A DNA stretch of 64,000 nt from Octopus vulgaris (taxonomy: Eukaryota), in the NCBI GenBank assembly GCA_951406725.2, contig OX597825.1:78120001-78184000 (forward strand). Direction: 5' to 3'. Numbering within the stretch: the first letter of the stretch is position 1; every line of letters begins with the position of its first letter. The notes under the pieces are model-generated. The model was not told the origin of the DNA. It searched no databases and was given only the letters and a program-made list of their open reading frames with translations. The translations under genes and the position numbers were made by a program. Below are positions 27,691 through 42,202 of this stretch, piece by piece.

Positions 27691-28157
27691 TATATCGCCT
27701 CTCCCTCTTTCACTCTCGCTCTGTTTCCCTCTTTCTCTTTTTCTCACTCGTTTCATTAATTTATTATTTATTTTAACGAAAACACAAATTCTAAATTAAT
27801 CATGACATACATGTGTATGTGCGTGTGTATGTATGTAGTGTGTATGTATGTGTGTGAGGGTGTGTATGTATTTAAGTCTATGTATGTATAGATATGAATA
27901 TATACATGCATATATATATTTGTGTATGTATATGTATATATATATGTGTGTATATATATATATACATACATACATTTACATATATACATACATATACATA
28001 TAACAATTTGACGTAGTATCGTATGATTTAAAGTTTCATGGGTCCATCTTATGCGCCGACGAAACTTTATATTGTATAGTGCTAAGTGAATTGTTATATA
28101 CAAAAGTATGTCGAGGGCCTCTTGGCTTCTTTCGTCCACTCTCTCTCTCTCTCTCTA

Positions 28158-28221
<64 letters not shown>

Positions 28222-28328
28222 CATATACATATACATATACATATATATATACATACATATATATATATATACACACATATACATAAATATATGCACACAC
28301 ACACACACATATATATATATATACATAC

Positions 28329-28417
<89 letters not shown>

Positions 28418-28925
28418 TACGTGTAAGACATCATAAATAAGAACGGAGATTTATACATCTTCAAAATTCGTTTATTACAATATTTCAATCCGACACGTGT
28501 TTCTGCTGCATAAGCGTCCTAATGCCCCTTGATGCACCATTTATGTGCATTTAATTGGTTCAGTTGCAGTACATGTTCATTAAAGGTAGAATAGTAAAAC
28601 AGTCTTGTTCAAGGCTGTACACACACGAGTAAATGAAGCGAGCAATACGCTTTACATATATATATGTATGTATATTAATGTTTGGTTTTTATGTGAAACT
28701 ATATATAAAAACAGTATTACGTTAAATTGAAGTACTCTTCGTTCATTTTTATCGAAATACATTGTCTTCAAATTTTACACGAAAACATTAAACAGGAACT
28801 TCGAAGTTCCAGCTAGGCAACTAACACCAGTGTGATGACAGATGCTTAGCCGTGACTTTTGAATCACTAACAGCTGTTCCAAATAAAAACTAATACATAC
28901 ATACATAAGTACGTACATACATACA

Positions 28926-28957
<32 letters not shown>

Positions 28958-29393
28958 ACATGATGGAGGTTATAACAAGGAATCCTAGGGATCCCCTCTG
29001 CAACACCTCATGTAGCAACCTTGCTTGCAAGTTGTTCAAGTATGTTTATAGGTTACACATTTTGGTTAACCATATAATAATTGGTTTTTACTTCCATCAA
29101 TTACTAAAGGATCACTTCGTCAGTCGAAGACTTTTATATCAAATAAGAATGTTATTGTCCTCTCGAAGTTAATAACATTAATTTTAAGTGAGGGTCGGGG
29201 AAGACAAAACAGTGTTACGTACGTACATTTCGGTCAACCAACGCTAATATGTATTTCCATATGCTAATATATATATATATACATACATACATGTGTATAT
29301 ATATATAACTTGTATCCTGGAGGGTTAATACGACAACATTAATAACTCTGGAATTCGCATTAAGAATCTTGCAAACCTAATAAAAAATAAAAG

Positions 29394-29453
<60 letters not shown>

Positions 29454-29872
29454 GTCACATTACTCTTATAATGTATATTGTCTCACAGTATATAGATTAG
29501 AACGTCAGCTGCCTGCAAGAAACCTGTGATGCCAGATTCTTACCCCACTTGTACTGAAATCCCCTCCCGTTACATTGGCGGCATTTGTCAGAAAATTCTA
29601 AAATTCTGAATTGTAATCATTACAATTATACCCTCTTCCTTTGGGGGTGACGACTCAGAATCAAATATCTGTGGTAAAAACAAAAAAAAAAGAAGAAAAA
29701 CGATCCAGGTACTCATTTTCCGCACCAAAGTGTGGAAATTTCAAATTTCTTTTACCATTTTTTCTTCTTTTTCTTCTATAACTTTGTTTAAATATCTTTA
29801 TGATATTCTCTCTATATCTGGACTTCTTTTGTCTCTCTCACACCATCTTCTTGTTTTATGTCTCTACATCTT

Positions 29873-29928
<56 letters not shown>

Positions 29929-30248
29929 TTATATGTATATGTGTCTGTATTATGCGCATGTAGTATAATAATAACTATAATATATGCCAATATCTAACTC
30001 ACTGCTGTGAACTGAAGCGTGGAATAATATTTAATAATATTTATAATTACATTATTTATTATTAAATTATATATAAATAATCATACATTGCTATTGTTGT
30101 TAAGAACATTAATTTTTTTCTTGTTAATAATATATAAATAAAGTGATTCATCTCAGATTTGTTTGTTGTGTTTTTTTTATATCATATATGTGTATGCATG
30201 TATGCATGTATATCTGCTTGTCTATACATCTATATCTATAGATAGATT

Positions 30249-30289
<41 letters not shown>

Positions 30290-31486
30290 ATAGATATATG
30301 GATAGATAAATAGACATACATATATACAAACTTACATACATGCGTACACATCAATCACCCCCCACACACACAAACATATAAACTTAGATATGTTTCAGCC
30401 AAATATTAGTGGAGGCCATGTTTGACTTAACGGCTTAGCGTTTAAACCAACGACTTTTTAAACTTAGATTCGATGGGGATGAAAAATATAAACATTTGCC
30501 ATCTATTTCCTGGACCATGGTTTCTGACTTTTTTTAGCAAATAATATAATTTGCTAGGCGAAGTCTTCGTCAACAGGTACGCCAAGATTAAACATATAAA
30601 CACGAGGCCAATCCAGCATGTGCCTCTTGTTTTACATTTTAATTTTTTCAAATCCACCGCGCAATTTCTTCGAACGAATCTTCCAGAAATCATTATACAT
30701 AATTAATAATATCAGGGTAATAATGATTTTAGAAATCTTTACTACCAGTGACCTAACGTATAGAAAAATTAGTCAATACACTATATATTATTCATATAAA
30801 ATACAGTGTACATTTAAACACATTAAGAGGTTTCCATCATAGGACTCCCTTACGCTAGAAGGAACAGCTAAAGTCCAAACCACTAATTAGGGATAGATTC
30901 TCGAAGGGAATGAAAAATAAAAACATTTGCCATCTATTTCCTGGACCATGGCTTCTGACATTTTTAGCAAATAAAATAATTTGCTAGGCGAAGTCTTCGT
31001 CAACAGGTACGCCAAGATTAAACATATAAACACACGAGGCCTAGAAATTATATATATATATACTGAAGATACATACATACAAAAATACATACATACATGT
31101 CTACATCTTAGCTGCTTTCTCGTATATAAGCAAAACCATTGCTAGAAAGAATCACTGAAATGAGTTGTTACTGATGCAATGTGAAGCCTTTGTATGACAC
31201 ATGACCCCGGCCAAAGATTTGTACATTCTATTCCATAATGCTATTCCAGAGCTGGCTGGCAGAAGAAACAAGTGCCACAGTATGACCTCTTTTGACATAC
31301 CTTTTCAATCCTCCATCTGAAAGGCACACCTTTCCACAGGTTGCACATGTCCTGTTGTGAACAACAGCCGTATCATAGTTTACCATGGGTCGATTCCTGT
31401 GAGTTCTCTGATGGCTGACCAGGTCTGCACGACTCAAGCATCTCCTCCCTACAAATCACACACACAAAAAGCAACAATCCCTTAGT

Positions 31487-31735
31487 AGTAAAGATTGTTT
31501 GCCAACATAACATGGCAGTCCTGGTTTAGGACGAATGTTGCTGTAATTTATCCCCAGGAGACATCGTCTCCAGCTGGGTATACGACACGATTTGTGTCCT
31601 TATACTTTCCTTATACTCATAAGGACAAAGATCGTATCGTATAGCCAGCTGGAGACGATGTCTCCTGGGTCTAAATTACAGCAACATTCGTCCTAAACCA
31701 GGACTGCCATGTTATGTTGGCAAACAATCTTTACT
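31487..31735. repeat. Near-perfect foldback with arms of about 115 bp (MITE-like or inverted duplication)
   Basis: agtaaagattgtttgccaacataacatggcagtcctggtttaggacgaatgttgctgtaattta...gtccttat is mirrored by ataaggac...taaattacagcaacattcgtcctaaaccaggactgccatgttatgttggcaaacaatctttact; related single arm at about 44935-45045. Confidence 0.92.
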
Positions 31736-31825
31736 CTAAAGTACCGTTGTTGAATGTCTCTTCTTGTGAAATTTAAAAATAGTAATTTTCTAACACTTCC
31801 TAGTTTTTCACAGGTTCATTCCTTC

Positions 31826-32122
31826 TACATACATACTTACATACAAATACACATACATACATACATACATACATACATACATACATACATACATACATAC
31901 ATACATACATACATACATACACACATACATACACACATACATACACACATACATACATACACACACACATACATACATACATACATACAAGCATACATAC
32001 ATACATACATACACACATACATACATACATACATACATACATACATACATACACACACATGCATACATACATACATACATACATACATACATACATACAT
32101 ACATACATACATACATACATAC
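31826..32122. repeat. (TACA)n microsatellite
   Basis: Direct reading. Confidence 0.95.
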
Positions 32123-32449
32123 ATGACCATCTTCAATCCAGTGACAAGACCAGGTAAAGACTGAGGATTGAGACGGATCAGTGGATGTTCAAGCTATCTT
32201 CCTTGTATCATCTGGTTTTCTACACCCAACAATGCTTTATTGCAGCCGCCTTCTGCTCCGTTGAGCACTAAAGGTTTCTTCCGCGCAGTTCGCCGGATCC
32301 AGTCTTCACTCGCATACAAGGTTTCGGGTTAAATCCGACCACATTTTATGTCTTCTTTTTCCAGGAACTGCTTGATGTATTGATGAAGAGTCAATGGCGT
32401 TGGAGAGCATAAAGGTTATTGTTGTAGGTGAGGAAAAGTCAGCTGACAT

Positions 32450-33169
32450 AGAGGACTGGATGTCCTCTGAATATTGGGAAAGCGCTACTTGTGTACCAAA
32501 CTGCCGACATCAATACTGGTGCTCAATGCCCAGGGAAAAAGGTTCATGGGCACCATGAAAACCAAATTCTCTCAAATTATGACAGTTTTTCGGTGTGTCT
32601 CCAATAAGGATGACGTCACGCTGTCCGACCTCATTGAAAAGGGTCTTAGGTTCAATTCAGACGATTATATGAGACTGTTAGAGACTATGGTCAAACTCTA
32701 GTTGAAGTGGGTTACTACTGGAAAGCCATATGTATGTGGCAGCTAGATTCAGCACCTCGCCATATCTCCGGAAAGAGTCCAGAAGTGGCCGGTGGAGAAT
32801 TTCTAGGACTTCACCAGCACCAATTTCTGGACCCCTAATGACCCTGATTGCAATCCCATATATTACAATATGAGGAGCCCGGTTGAGAAAGACCCCAGCC
32901 GCTCTGCCTGCAACACTAAGGCCGAGCTGGTGGCCTAGATTAAGGACGTGTTCGAACTTTTCCTAGAACACAATGAAGAATGCATGCGCTAGGTTCCGGG
33001 TACGCCTTGGGGCCGTGGTGGAATCTGGGGTCAGCCACTTTGAGTAAACAGTTATCTCATAACCATAATCTAGATGATGTACTTTTTTAAAAAAATACCT
33101 TATATTTTTTTGAAGGGATATTGTATTTTCTTTTTTAAGCAAACTGTCAAATTCAACACGAACACTCTG
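32450..33169 (+). mobile_element. Degenerate Tc1/mariner-superfamily transposon (DD37D/maT-like), 3' half
   Basis: Remnants VFRCVS, EKGLRFNSDDYMRLLE, DSAPRH, FWTPNDPDCNP, ACARFRVRLGAVVE; terminus ..aacactctg followed by TA. Confidence 0.8.
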
Positions 33170-34072
33170 TAGGCAGGTGAGTCCTAATCTGCTAATTAAC
33201 CTACGCCTGGAATCTTGACAGGAGTTGTTACTTCGAGACAGAGTAGACCTGGGAACAACGGTGGTTAAGATGTTGTTCCACACTTCCCAAAAGCCTGGAA
33301 ATCCCGAACCAGATTCATTTCAACTGTTACTATAATAGCATCTGCTTCTCTGAGCCGACAGTTTCGTACCTTCTCCACTCGTCACCCTTGATGCTCCACC
33401 TTCTCCTTACCCCAGATCTTGCGCTCATCACTACGACCAGTCCTTTCATCTCAGATCATCGATTCTCTATAGCTTTTTTTTTGTTTTTTCTTGCTCATGC
33501 CTGTCCTGCAGGGGTTGACTTCAAACCGTTTAGACGGCGAGATAATGAGATCAATCTCACCGGTCGTGCACGGCGTACAAAGACTATTGGCTCCGCCATT
33601 TCAAGCAGATCAAGCAATTAAAAACAAACGAAACAAAATAACTCTGAAGAAAGATGTTTTCTTAAACATTTTCTATGAGAATAAAAAGCATTCTTGATAC
33701 AAGAGAAAGAAAAAACAACATTTAATTGAAAATAAGAGAATACTTATAGCCTGAAAAAAAAAAAACTAAAGAAATATATTACAAGAACAACAAGAATAAA
33801 AACAGCAGTAAAAACAACAACAACAAAGAAAACAACAGTAACAGTAGCAGCAGCCTCGAGCTAACGCATGCGTATATACAAAGGCATACAGGTGTATATG
33901 CGTGCATACATATACATATATGTGCGCGTCTATATATATTTACGTGTGTGTCTGTGGTGTGTATGTGTACTCATACACACACACACAAACACACATACAC
34001 ACACACACATATATATATACATATATATATATATGTATGTTTGTATATGAATATATATATGTACACATATAC

Positions 34073-34104
<32 letters not shown>

Positions 34105-34117
34105 GCATGTATGTATG

Positions 34118-34174
<57 letters not shown>

Positions 34175-34650
34175 GTATATCGCCGATTTATCGCAGAGCA
34201 GAGAAATAATCAGAGTCTTCCTTAGTAAGCGACAAGTTCAGTTCTATGACAAAAGATGTCACTGCAGATAAGCAGTTTGATAATACAGAAGAAAAATATT
34301 TTGAGTGAGAAAACGGTCGTCTGGTGGCTGCCTTTGTAGAATAGTTGTTGGCTTGATATCGCCATCGTATTATTGTTATCAATTGCTAAAGCCGTATCAA
34401 ACGGCCATGTTGTCGTCTGCTGCAGTCGATATTTTATCAATGCCTAAAGTAAACAAAGTGTCCACTGTCAATTTCTTAAGGAAGCAGAAACCAATAATTG
34501 AGTTTGTATTGCTCAGCACTACAACGAAACGGAACTTTTATAGACAATTTACTCTCAACTTTTTTTCCCTCTTCATTTAATCACAACTTCTGTCTTTCTC
34601 ATTTTCTCTTTTTCTCTTTCTTACATACACATATACATACATATGTATAC

Positions 34651-34731
<81 letters not shown>

Positions 34732-34779
34732 TATATGAATGTATGTATGTCTGTATATATCTGTATATCTATGTATGTG

Positions 34780-34813
<34 letters not shown>

Positions 34814-34950
34814 CTTCTTTACTACTATATCGCATTACATGTTATCTTAATCGATTTGTTCTCTCTATCTAACAGCATGTTTGTCTGTCTAACTATTTAT
34901 CTATCTATCTATCCATCTATTCATCTGTCTACCTCTCTATCAATCTATCA

Positions 34951-35014
<64 letters not shown>

Positions 35015-35354
35015 GTCTGTCTGTCTATCTGTCTGCCTGCCTGTCTATGTAGCAAACGACCCTTCTATATTCCTATTCATTTCCCTGCCTCTCTAGTCTT
35101 ACACATTCATTTTGCCTAAACGTCTATCGGCCTCTATACACACATAAGAACACATTTAAGAGCATCTCCATCGATCACACAGACATACACACACGCAAAC
35201 ATATACATACGCAAGCACGCGCGCTTTCTCTCACATATACACACGCACACACAAACACACACACGCACCCTCTCTCTCTCACACACACACACACATGCAT
35301 AGTCAAACACATATATATGAATATACAAGCATAATAGTCTATCAATTTATATTA

Positions 35355-35381
35355 CTCTCTCTCTTTCTCTCTCTCTCTCTT

Positions 35382-35438
<57 letters not shown>

Positions 35439-35518
35439 TTGTCTCTCTTTTTTCTCTCTCTCTCTATTTCTCTCTCTTTCTCTCTCTCCTTCTTTCTCTC
35501 TTTCTCTCTCTCTTTCTC

Positions 35519-35549
<31 letters not shown>

Positions 35550-35616
35550 CTCTTTCCCTCTCTCTCACTCTCTCTTTCTCTCTCTCCTTCTTTCTCTCTT
35601 TCTCTCTCTCTTTCTC

Positions 35617-35647
<31 letters not shown>

Positions 35648-35990
35648 CTCTTTCCCTCTCTCTCACTCTCTCTTTCTTTCTCTCTCTCTCTCTTCTCCTC
35701 TTCTCCTCTCTGTCTATATTCCTATCTATCAATCTATCTTTGTCCCTATCATTAACCCTGTGAATGACACACCGCATCTCTTTCCTTTAAATTCATTCTT
35801 TCATTCGTTCAGCCTTTCGTCGCTTCTTCTTCTTCTTCTTCTTCTTCTTCTTCTTCTTCTTCTTCTTCTTCTTCTTCTTCTCCTTCTTCTTCTTCTTCTT
35901 CTTCTTCTTCTTCTTCTTCTTCTTCTTCTTCTTCTTCTTCTTCTTCTTCTTCTTCTTCTTCTTCTTCTTCTTCTTCTTCTTCTTCCTCTC
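35355..35990. repeat. (CT)n-rich and (CTT)n polypyrimidine tracts
   Basis: Direct reading; explains the poly-L, poly-SL and poly-R ORFs. Confidence 0.95.
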
Positions 35991-36829
35991 ATTCTCTCTT
36001 TCTAAAAAGACTTCTTGTAAGTATTCTTCATAAGATAAAAAGATTCTTGGAATTCATCCAATGCGAAAACCAATTCTAAACGTTACTTTTCCTGACATAT
36101 TACAGATACTGATTAGGAATCTAGACGAATTTATTTACCACTATTTAATCTGATTTGGGGGCAGCACCAAAGTTACCCCCTATCAGATGGAAAACAAGTA
36201 CAAAATTAAGCGAAAAAAAAAAGAAAAAAATATGCATTCTTACCTTCCTTAATAAGTTGCCAGGTGGACATCGATCACGTAGAAGATCAAATTTTAGTAG
36301 TCGGTGTGATCGATGAGATGAGGGAAAAAGAAAGAGAGAGAGAGAAAGAGAGAGAGAGAGAAGGAGACAGGCAGACAGACAGAAAGATAAAGAAAGTATG
36401 TGTACATCATACATACATATATATATACATATATGTGTGCGTGTTAGTAGAAATGTATAATATATATATATTTGTGCGTGTATCTCTATTTATCTATCTA
36501 TTTATCTATCTATCTATTTCTCTCTCTCTATATATATATATAATGTATATAACGTATACACTTAAATATGTATACAAACATATATGCAATGTCTTTATAT
36601 ATATAAATATATAATATATATATACACACACACGCACACATATATATATTCATACATATATATACTAATTCATTCACACATGTATGTATATGTATATGTA
36701 TACAGACACACACACACATACACACATACATACATGCACACAAATTATATATACATGCGTAAACGCATGAAAGGGCGTATGTATGCATAAGTAGTGTGTT
36801 TGTGTGTGTGTGTGTATGAATGTATGTAT

Positions 36830-36866
<37 letters not shown>

Positions 36867-36879
36867 TAGATAGACAGAC

Positions 36880-37093
<214 letters not shown>

Positions 37094-37114
37094 GTAGGTA
37101 GATAGGTAGATAGA

Positions 37115-38150
37115 CATCACAGGATTGTTGATTAACAATTGCTCGGCATATCCCCTGACTACCTTCATCCCAGCTGATTGTTCTGCTGTGATACTGTTAT
37201 TTGTTTCACAACGGTCCTGGAAGAAGTTTAAACGTGCTGTATATATCTTATACATTAAGTTCTGGCACGCAATTGGCCGGTAATTTTTGGCCATGTGGAT
37301 GGTCCTGCATTTGGGGTTCAATTTTGTCTCTGCCAGAGCTAACCAGTGTGGTATTCTACGGTTCCCAATGAAAGCTTGCTGGTACAGGTTGGTAAGATAT
37401 GGTCGGTAGAATGTTATATTCTTGTACCAATATCCAACAATCAAGTCTCTTCCAGGTGCTTTTCCATCTTGGAGTTTCTGGATCAGAATTGAAAAAGTTT
37501 CACCATCAATGGTGTATGTCTTGGATGTAAAGCAGGAGCAACAACTTCTTCGGATTTCTTCCAGCCACAGAGCATCTGGCTTAAATTTCTTCTCTTCACT
37601 CCGTATTTTCTTCCAGAAGGAGTCTATGTCTTCTCGTGAAAGAGCTTCCGTGATGTTTACTGCTCCCCCTCTCATCACTCTGCATACTGCAGCCTGGTTG
37701 CGGTTCAATATTTTGTTTATTGTTCTTCTCTCAGTTATTTTCTTCTGATGTCGGAGTTTTCCACTGACAGCTTTTAGCTCCTGCTTGAGGGTAATCAGTT
37801 TGCAAGTGAGTTTCTTCTTTTCGCTGTCTCCAACATCATTTCTATCTCCTCCTTTACTTTCTGTTGGTGAGGCGTATAGTGATTTGTTCATTTGCATGCA
37901 ATAAGCATCATTGCATCATTGCCGGCCTTCCGTAAACGAGTTATTTTTTCTCTGTCTTCAAAACCCAAGATGTTATTTCGGTTTTGGTTACTTTTGAATA
38001 TCATTCATATACTGTATGACAGTAGTCGCCTGCGCATATAGACAGGCGTTTATCTGCCAGTACGTGGGTTCATCACACTGCTCTAAATACTCATCACCAA
38101 TTTCGTTAACAGTTTTTAATACCGTATCTGGTGTGTTTTTTACTTACTTT
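37115..38150 (-). mobile_element. R4/Dong-clade non-LTR retrotransposon fragment (N-terminal region and start of RT)
   Basis: KAPGRDLIVGYWYK, NYRPIACQNLMYKIYTA and ITAEQSAG...EQLLIN are RT motifs 0-2; truncated at the (TAGA)n microsatellite. Confidence 0.9.
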
Positions 38151-38796
38151 GGTAGAGAATACTCTCTCCTCAAGGGAATGCTTCAAAGCCAAAGTTATTT
38201 TTTCTCGGAAAATTTCAGTAAGGGCACATTTCACCAGCACATGTATGTATGTATGTATGTATGTATGTATGTATGTATGTATGTATGTATGTATGTATGT
38301 ATGTATGTATGTATGTATGTATGTATGTATGTATGTATGCATAAATGTATGCGTGTCTTTGCTTTTGCTTTAGTACCTCTTTCAGACTTGACGATTGGTA
38401 TGTGTTTACGACCCCGGAAGCCATCTCTCCGAAGATATCAAGGCAAGAAGGCAAAAAGACAAAATATTTTGCAAATCATAACCTGAAATCTGGGAATAAT
38501 CAAGAGGTCACAATGGAAAATAGACTGGCTCTCGGAAGCGGAGCACCTTTGATTGTAGATTTGCCTAATCAGAGCTGAAACTTGTTAACAACAAAATAAC
38601 AACAACAGCATCTACATAAACCAGTATAAAAAAGTATTAATCTAATAAACGTTTGCAACAAAACAAGGAAAAATTACTTTCATGTCTCCGCACTTCACAA
38701 ATACATCCACACACACGCTCTCTTCTAACAAAACGATTTCATTTTTAATCAAGTGTCAATATTGCATTGCATGAAATGTCTACTATTCGCAGTATA

Positions 38797-39975
38797 TTGG
38801 GTTGTCTGGAAAGTTCGTGCCGATTTTTAAAGGAAAGAAAAAGGTCAATAAATACTTACCATTACATTTTTATTCAACCAAATATAAAGCATTTTGTTGC
38901 ACAGTGATTCTCCATTTTCCTCTAACTTGAAAATACCCTCTTCCCAGAATTGAGGTGGTTTCATGGCAAAGGCTTCATTAAGGTATCTTTTTACGTCATC
39001 CAAGGAATTGAAATTTTTACCATTAAGACTATTCTTCAGAGACCTGAATAAGTGGAAATCCGAAGGAGCAATACCTGGTGAATATGGAGGGTGAGGCAAT
39101 ACATTCCAACCGAGCTGCAGCAATTTTTGTCTGGTTCCCAAAGAAACGTGCGGTCTTGCATTATCATGTTGGAAAACAACACCCTTCCTGTTTCTCTTGA
39201 ATTGCTGCCTTTAACTCGTCCATTTGTGTTCAGCATTTCTCAGAATTAATTGTCTGGTTATTTGGGAGAAGCTCATAGTACAGAATTCCTTTCCAATCTC
39301 ACCAGACACAAAGCAAGACATTTTTAGGGTGAAGACCCGCTTTTGAGGTGGTTAAGGGTGGCTCATGTCGCTTACTCCACGATCGCTTTCTCTGAACATT
39401 TCTGTAGATAATCCATTTCTCATCACCTGTCACAATTTGCTTTAAAAAAGGCGCGTTTTCATTCCGTTGATAAAGCGTATCACAGATGGAAATGCGATCC
39501 AAAAGGTTCTTCACACTTAACTCATGTGGTACCCAAACATCGTAGCGATGTTTACCAGGTGCACATGAACGACGGATTTTGATACGTTGAGACTTTCTGC
39601 CAATTCTCGGGTTGTGCAATGTGGGTTATTCTCAATTAATGACTTGATTTGATCATCATCTGTAGTGGATGGTCTGTCTGATCGCTCTTTATCAAAAAGG
39701 CTACAATCTCCAGCTCGGAACCTTGCGAACCACTTCCGTACAGTTCTTTCGAATAAAGAAACATCACCGTAAACTGTATTTCTTTAGGTGCTTGTGAGGC
39801 AATTTTCCCTTTACGGAAAAAGAAAAGCATCAAGTGCCGAAAATGAACTTTCATATCTTCCATTTAAAAGGGTTACAGAATTAACACATGTTATAGGAAC
39901 ATAAACCTTCTTCCACGAAAAGATAGTTTAAACTGTGCTCTAAATGGAGGTGTAGTCAAATTCTATTTTATAGGA
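38797..39975 (-). mobile_element. Mariner transposon (DD34D, mellifera-subfamily-like), frameshifted transposase pseudogene
   Basis: MEDMKVHFRHLMLFFFRKGK N-terminus, WVPHEL, IVTGDEKWIIY and HPPYSPGIAPSDFHLF split over several frames; one TIR TA-ttgggttgtctggaaagttcgtgccgatttt at 38797, the other lost. Confidence 0.93.
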
Positions 39976-40134
39976 TATGTTCGACTAAAAGGAGGTGCAC
40001 CAGCATGGCCACAGTCAAATGACTGAAACAAATAAAAGAATATGTATGTTGGTAGGTGTAGGAGAGACTGTGTGCTTGCTTCCCAACCACATGGTTCCGG
40101 GTTCAGTCACACCGTGCGGCAACTTGGGAAAAGG

Positions 40135-40608
40135 TCAGAACGTAAAAACAGACGAAATACCACTAAGCATTTCGCCCAGCATATTAACGTTTCTTATTTC
40201 TTTATTGCCCAGAATGGGCTAAACATAGAGGGGACAAACAAGGACAGACACACGGATTAAGTCGATTATATTGACACCAGTTGCAACTGGTACTTAATTT
40301 ATCGAGCCCGAAGGGATGAAAGGCAAAGTCAACCTCGGCGGAATTTGAACTCAGAACGTAAAGACAGACGAAATACCTATTTCTTTACTACCCACAAGGG
40401 TCTAAACACAGAAGGGATAAACAAGGACAGACAAACGGATTAAACCGATTATATCGACCCCAGTGCGTAACTGGTACTTAATTTATCGACCCCGAAAAGA
40501 TGAAAGGCAAAGTCGACCTCGGCGGAATTTGAACTCAGGACGTAACGGCAGACGAAATACGGCAACACATTTTGCCCCGCGCGCTAACGTTTCTGCCAGC
40601 TCGCCGCC
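40135..40608 (-). mobile_element. Compound family B SINE with repeated core
   Basis: One head at 40608 followed by two complete core plus tail modules; same arrangement at 56543-56935. Confidence 0.85.
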
Positions 40609-41015
40609 TTGGTACAGTAAAATTCTGAAGAACCTGTATGTCAACCACATGAATGCTGAAGCGTGCATTTGTTTTTAGGACCAACTAGGGCGTCGTCACC
40701 TTCGTCATCCTCGCTTCCATCGCCCTCATCATCATCGCCGTCGTTGTGTTAGGGGTCGGCGTAGCGGAGCAAAAGGCTGCAAATCATCTCACTGTGCTAA
40801 AGCGAAATAAAAAAAGATAAAAAAAAGAAAGAAGGGATATGGAATGAAGTATAAATATCGTTTACATCTGTAAAAATAATCAGAGCGAAGTGAAGGAGTA
40901 TTATCATATTTTGTTAACAAAACGTTGGTTAATGAAAGGCTGAACCGCGCATACAGGAATGTGTACCCGTATGTGCCAGTATGTGTGTATATAGGCGTGT
41001 CTGTGTGTGTGGGTA

Positions 41016-41055
<40 letters not shown>

Positions 41056-41111
41056 ACGGCTGAGTGTGTATGTGTGTACAGGTAGGTAGACGCGAAGTAA
41101 GATTTATGCAA

Positions 41112-41233
<122 letters not shown>

Positions 41234-41586
41234 GTGTGTGTGTGTGTGTGCGTGTGTGTTATTTTATTCTTTTACTTGTATCAGACATTTGATTGCGGCC
41301 ATACTGGAGTACCGCCTTTAGACGAAAAAGTCGACCGCAGGGATTATTCTTCGTAAGCCTAGTACTTATTCTATCGGTCTCTTTTGCCGAAGCGCTAAGT
41401 GACGGAGACGTAAATACACTAACATCGGTTGTCAAGCGATGGTGGGATGATAAACACAGACACAAACATATACATTTATATATATATGCATGTATGTACG
41501 TATATATATTTATGTATGTATATATATATTCACACACACACACACAAACACACAAACACACGTATGAATATATATGCGTGTGTATG

Positions 41587-41630
<44 letters not shown>

Positions 41631-42037
41631 TATGTATGTATGTACATATGGTTAGAGAGATATATATCGATGCGTATACACATACATAAACATATTCATA
41701 TACGTATATATATATATATATATATATTTGTTAGAGATATATTTCCGCACACGTACGCATGTACATACATATATGTGTGTGTATATATGTAAGTATACGC
41801 AAAACTATGTATACATCTGTATATGCGTGTGTTTATCAATATACATACACACACACTCACACACATATGCATATGTGTGTGTGTGTGCGCACGTAAATTG
41901 TATATAATGCATGTATATATGTATACATGTATGCATATGCATATATATATAAATATATATATATATATGTATTTATATATATATATATGAATATATCTAT
42001 ATAAGTAGTTATATATATATATGTATTTATATATATG

Positions 42038-42078
<41 letters not shown>

Positions 42079-42085
42079 GTATATA

Positions 42086-42159
<74 letters not shown>

Positions 42160-42166
42160 GTGTGTG

Positions 42167-42202
<36 letters not shown>

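Noticed and set aside
28485-28510. Minus-strand GAAACACGTGTC hammerhead half-site
   Set aside because: No matching CUGANGA and stem I partner found nearby.
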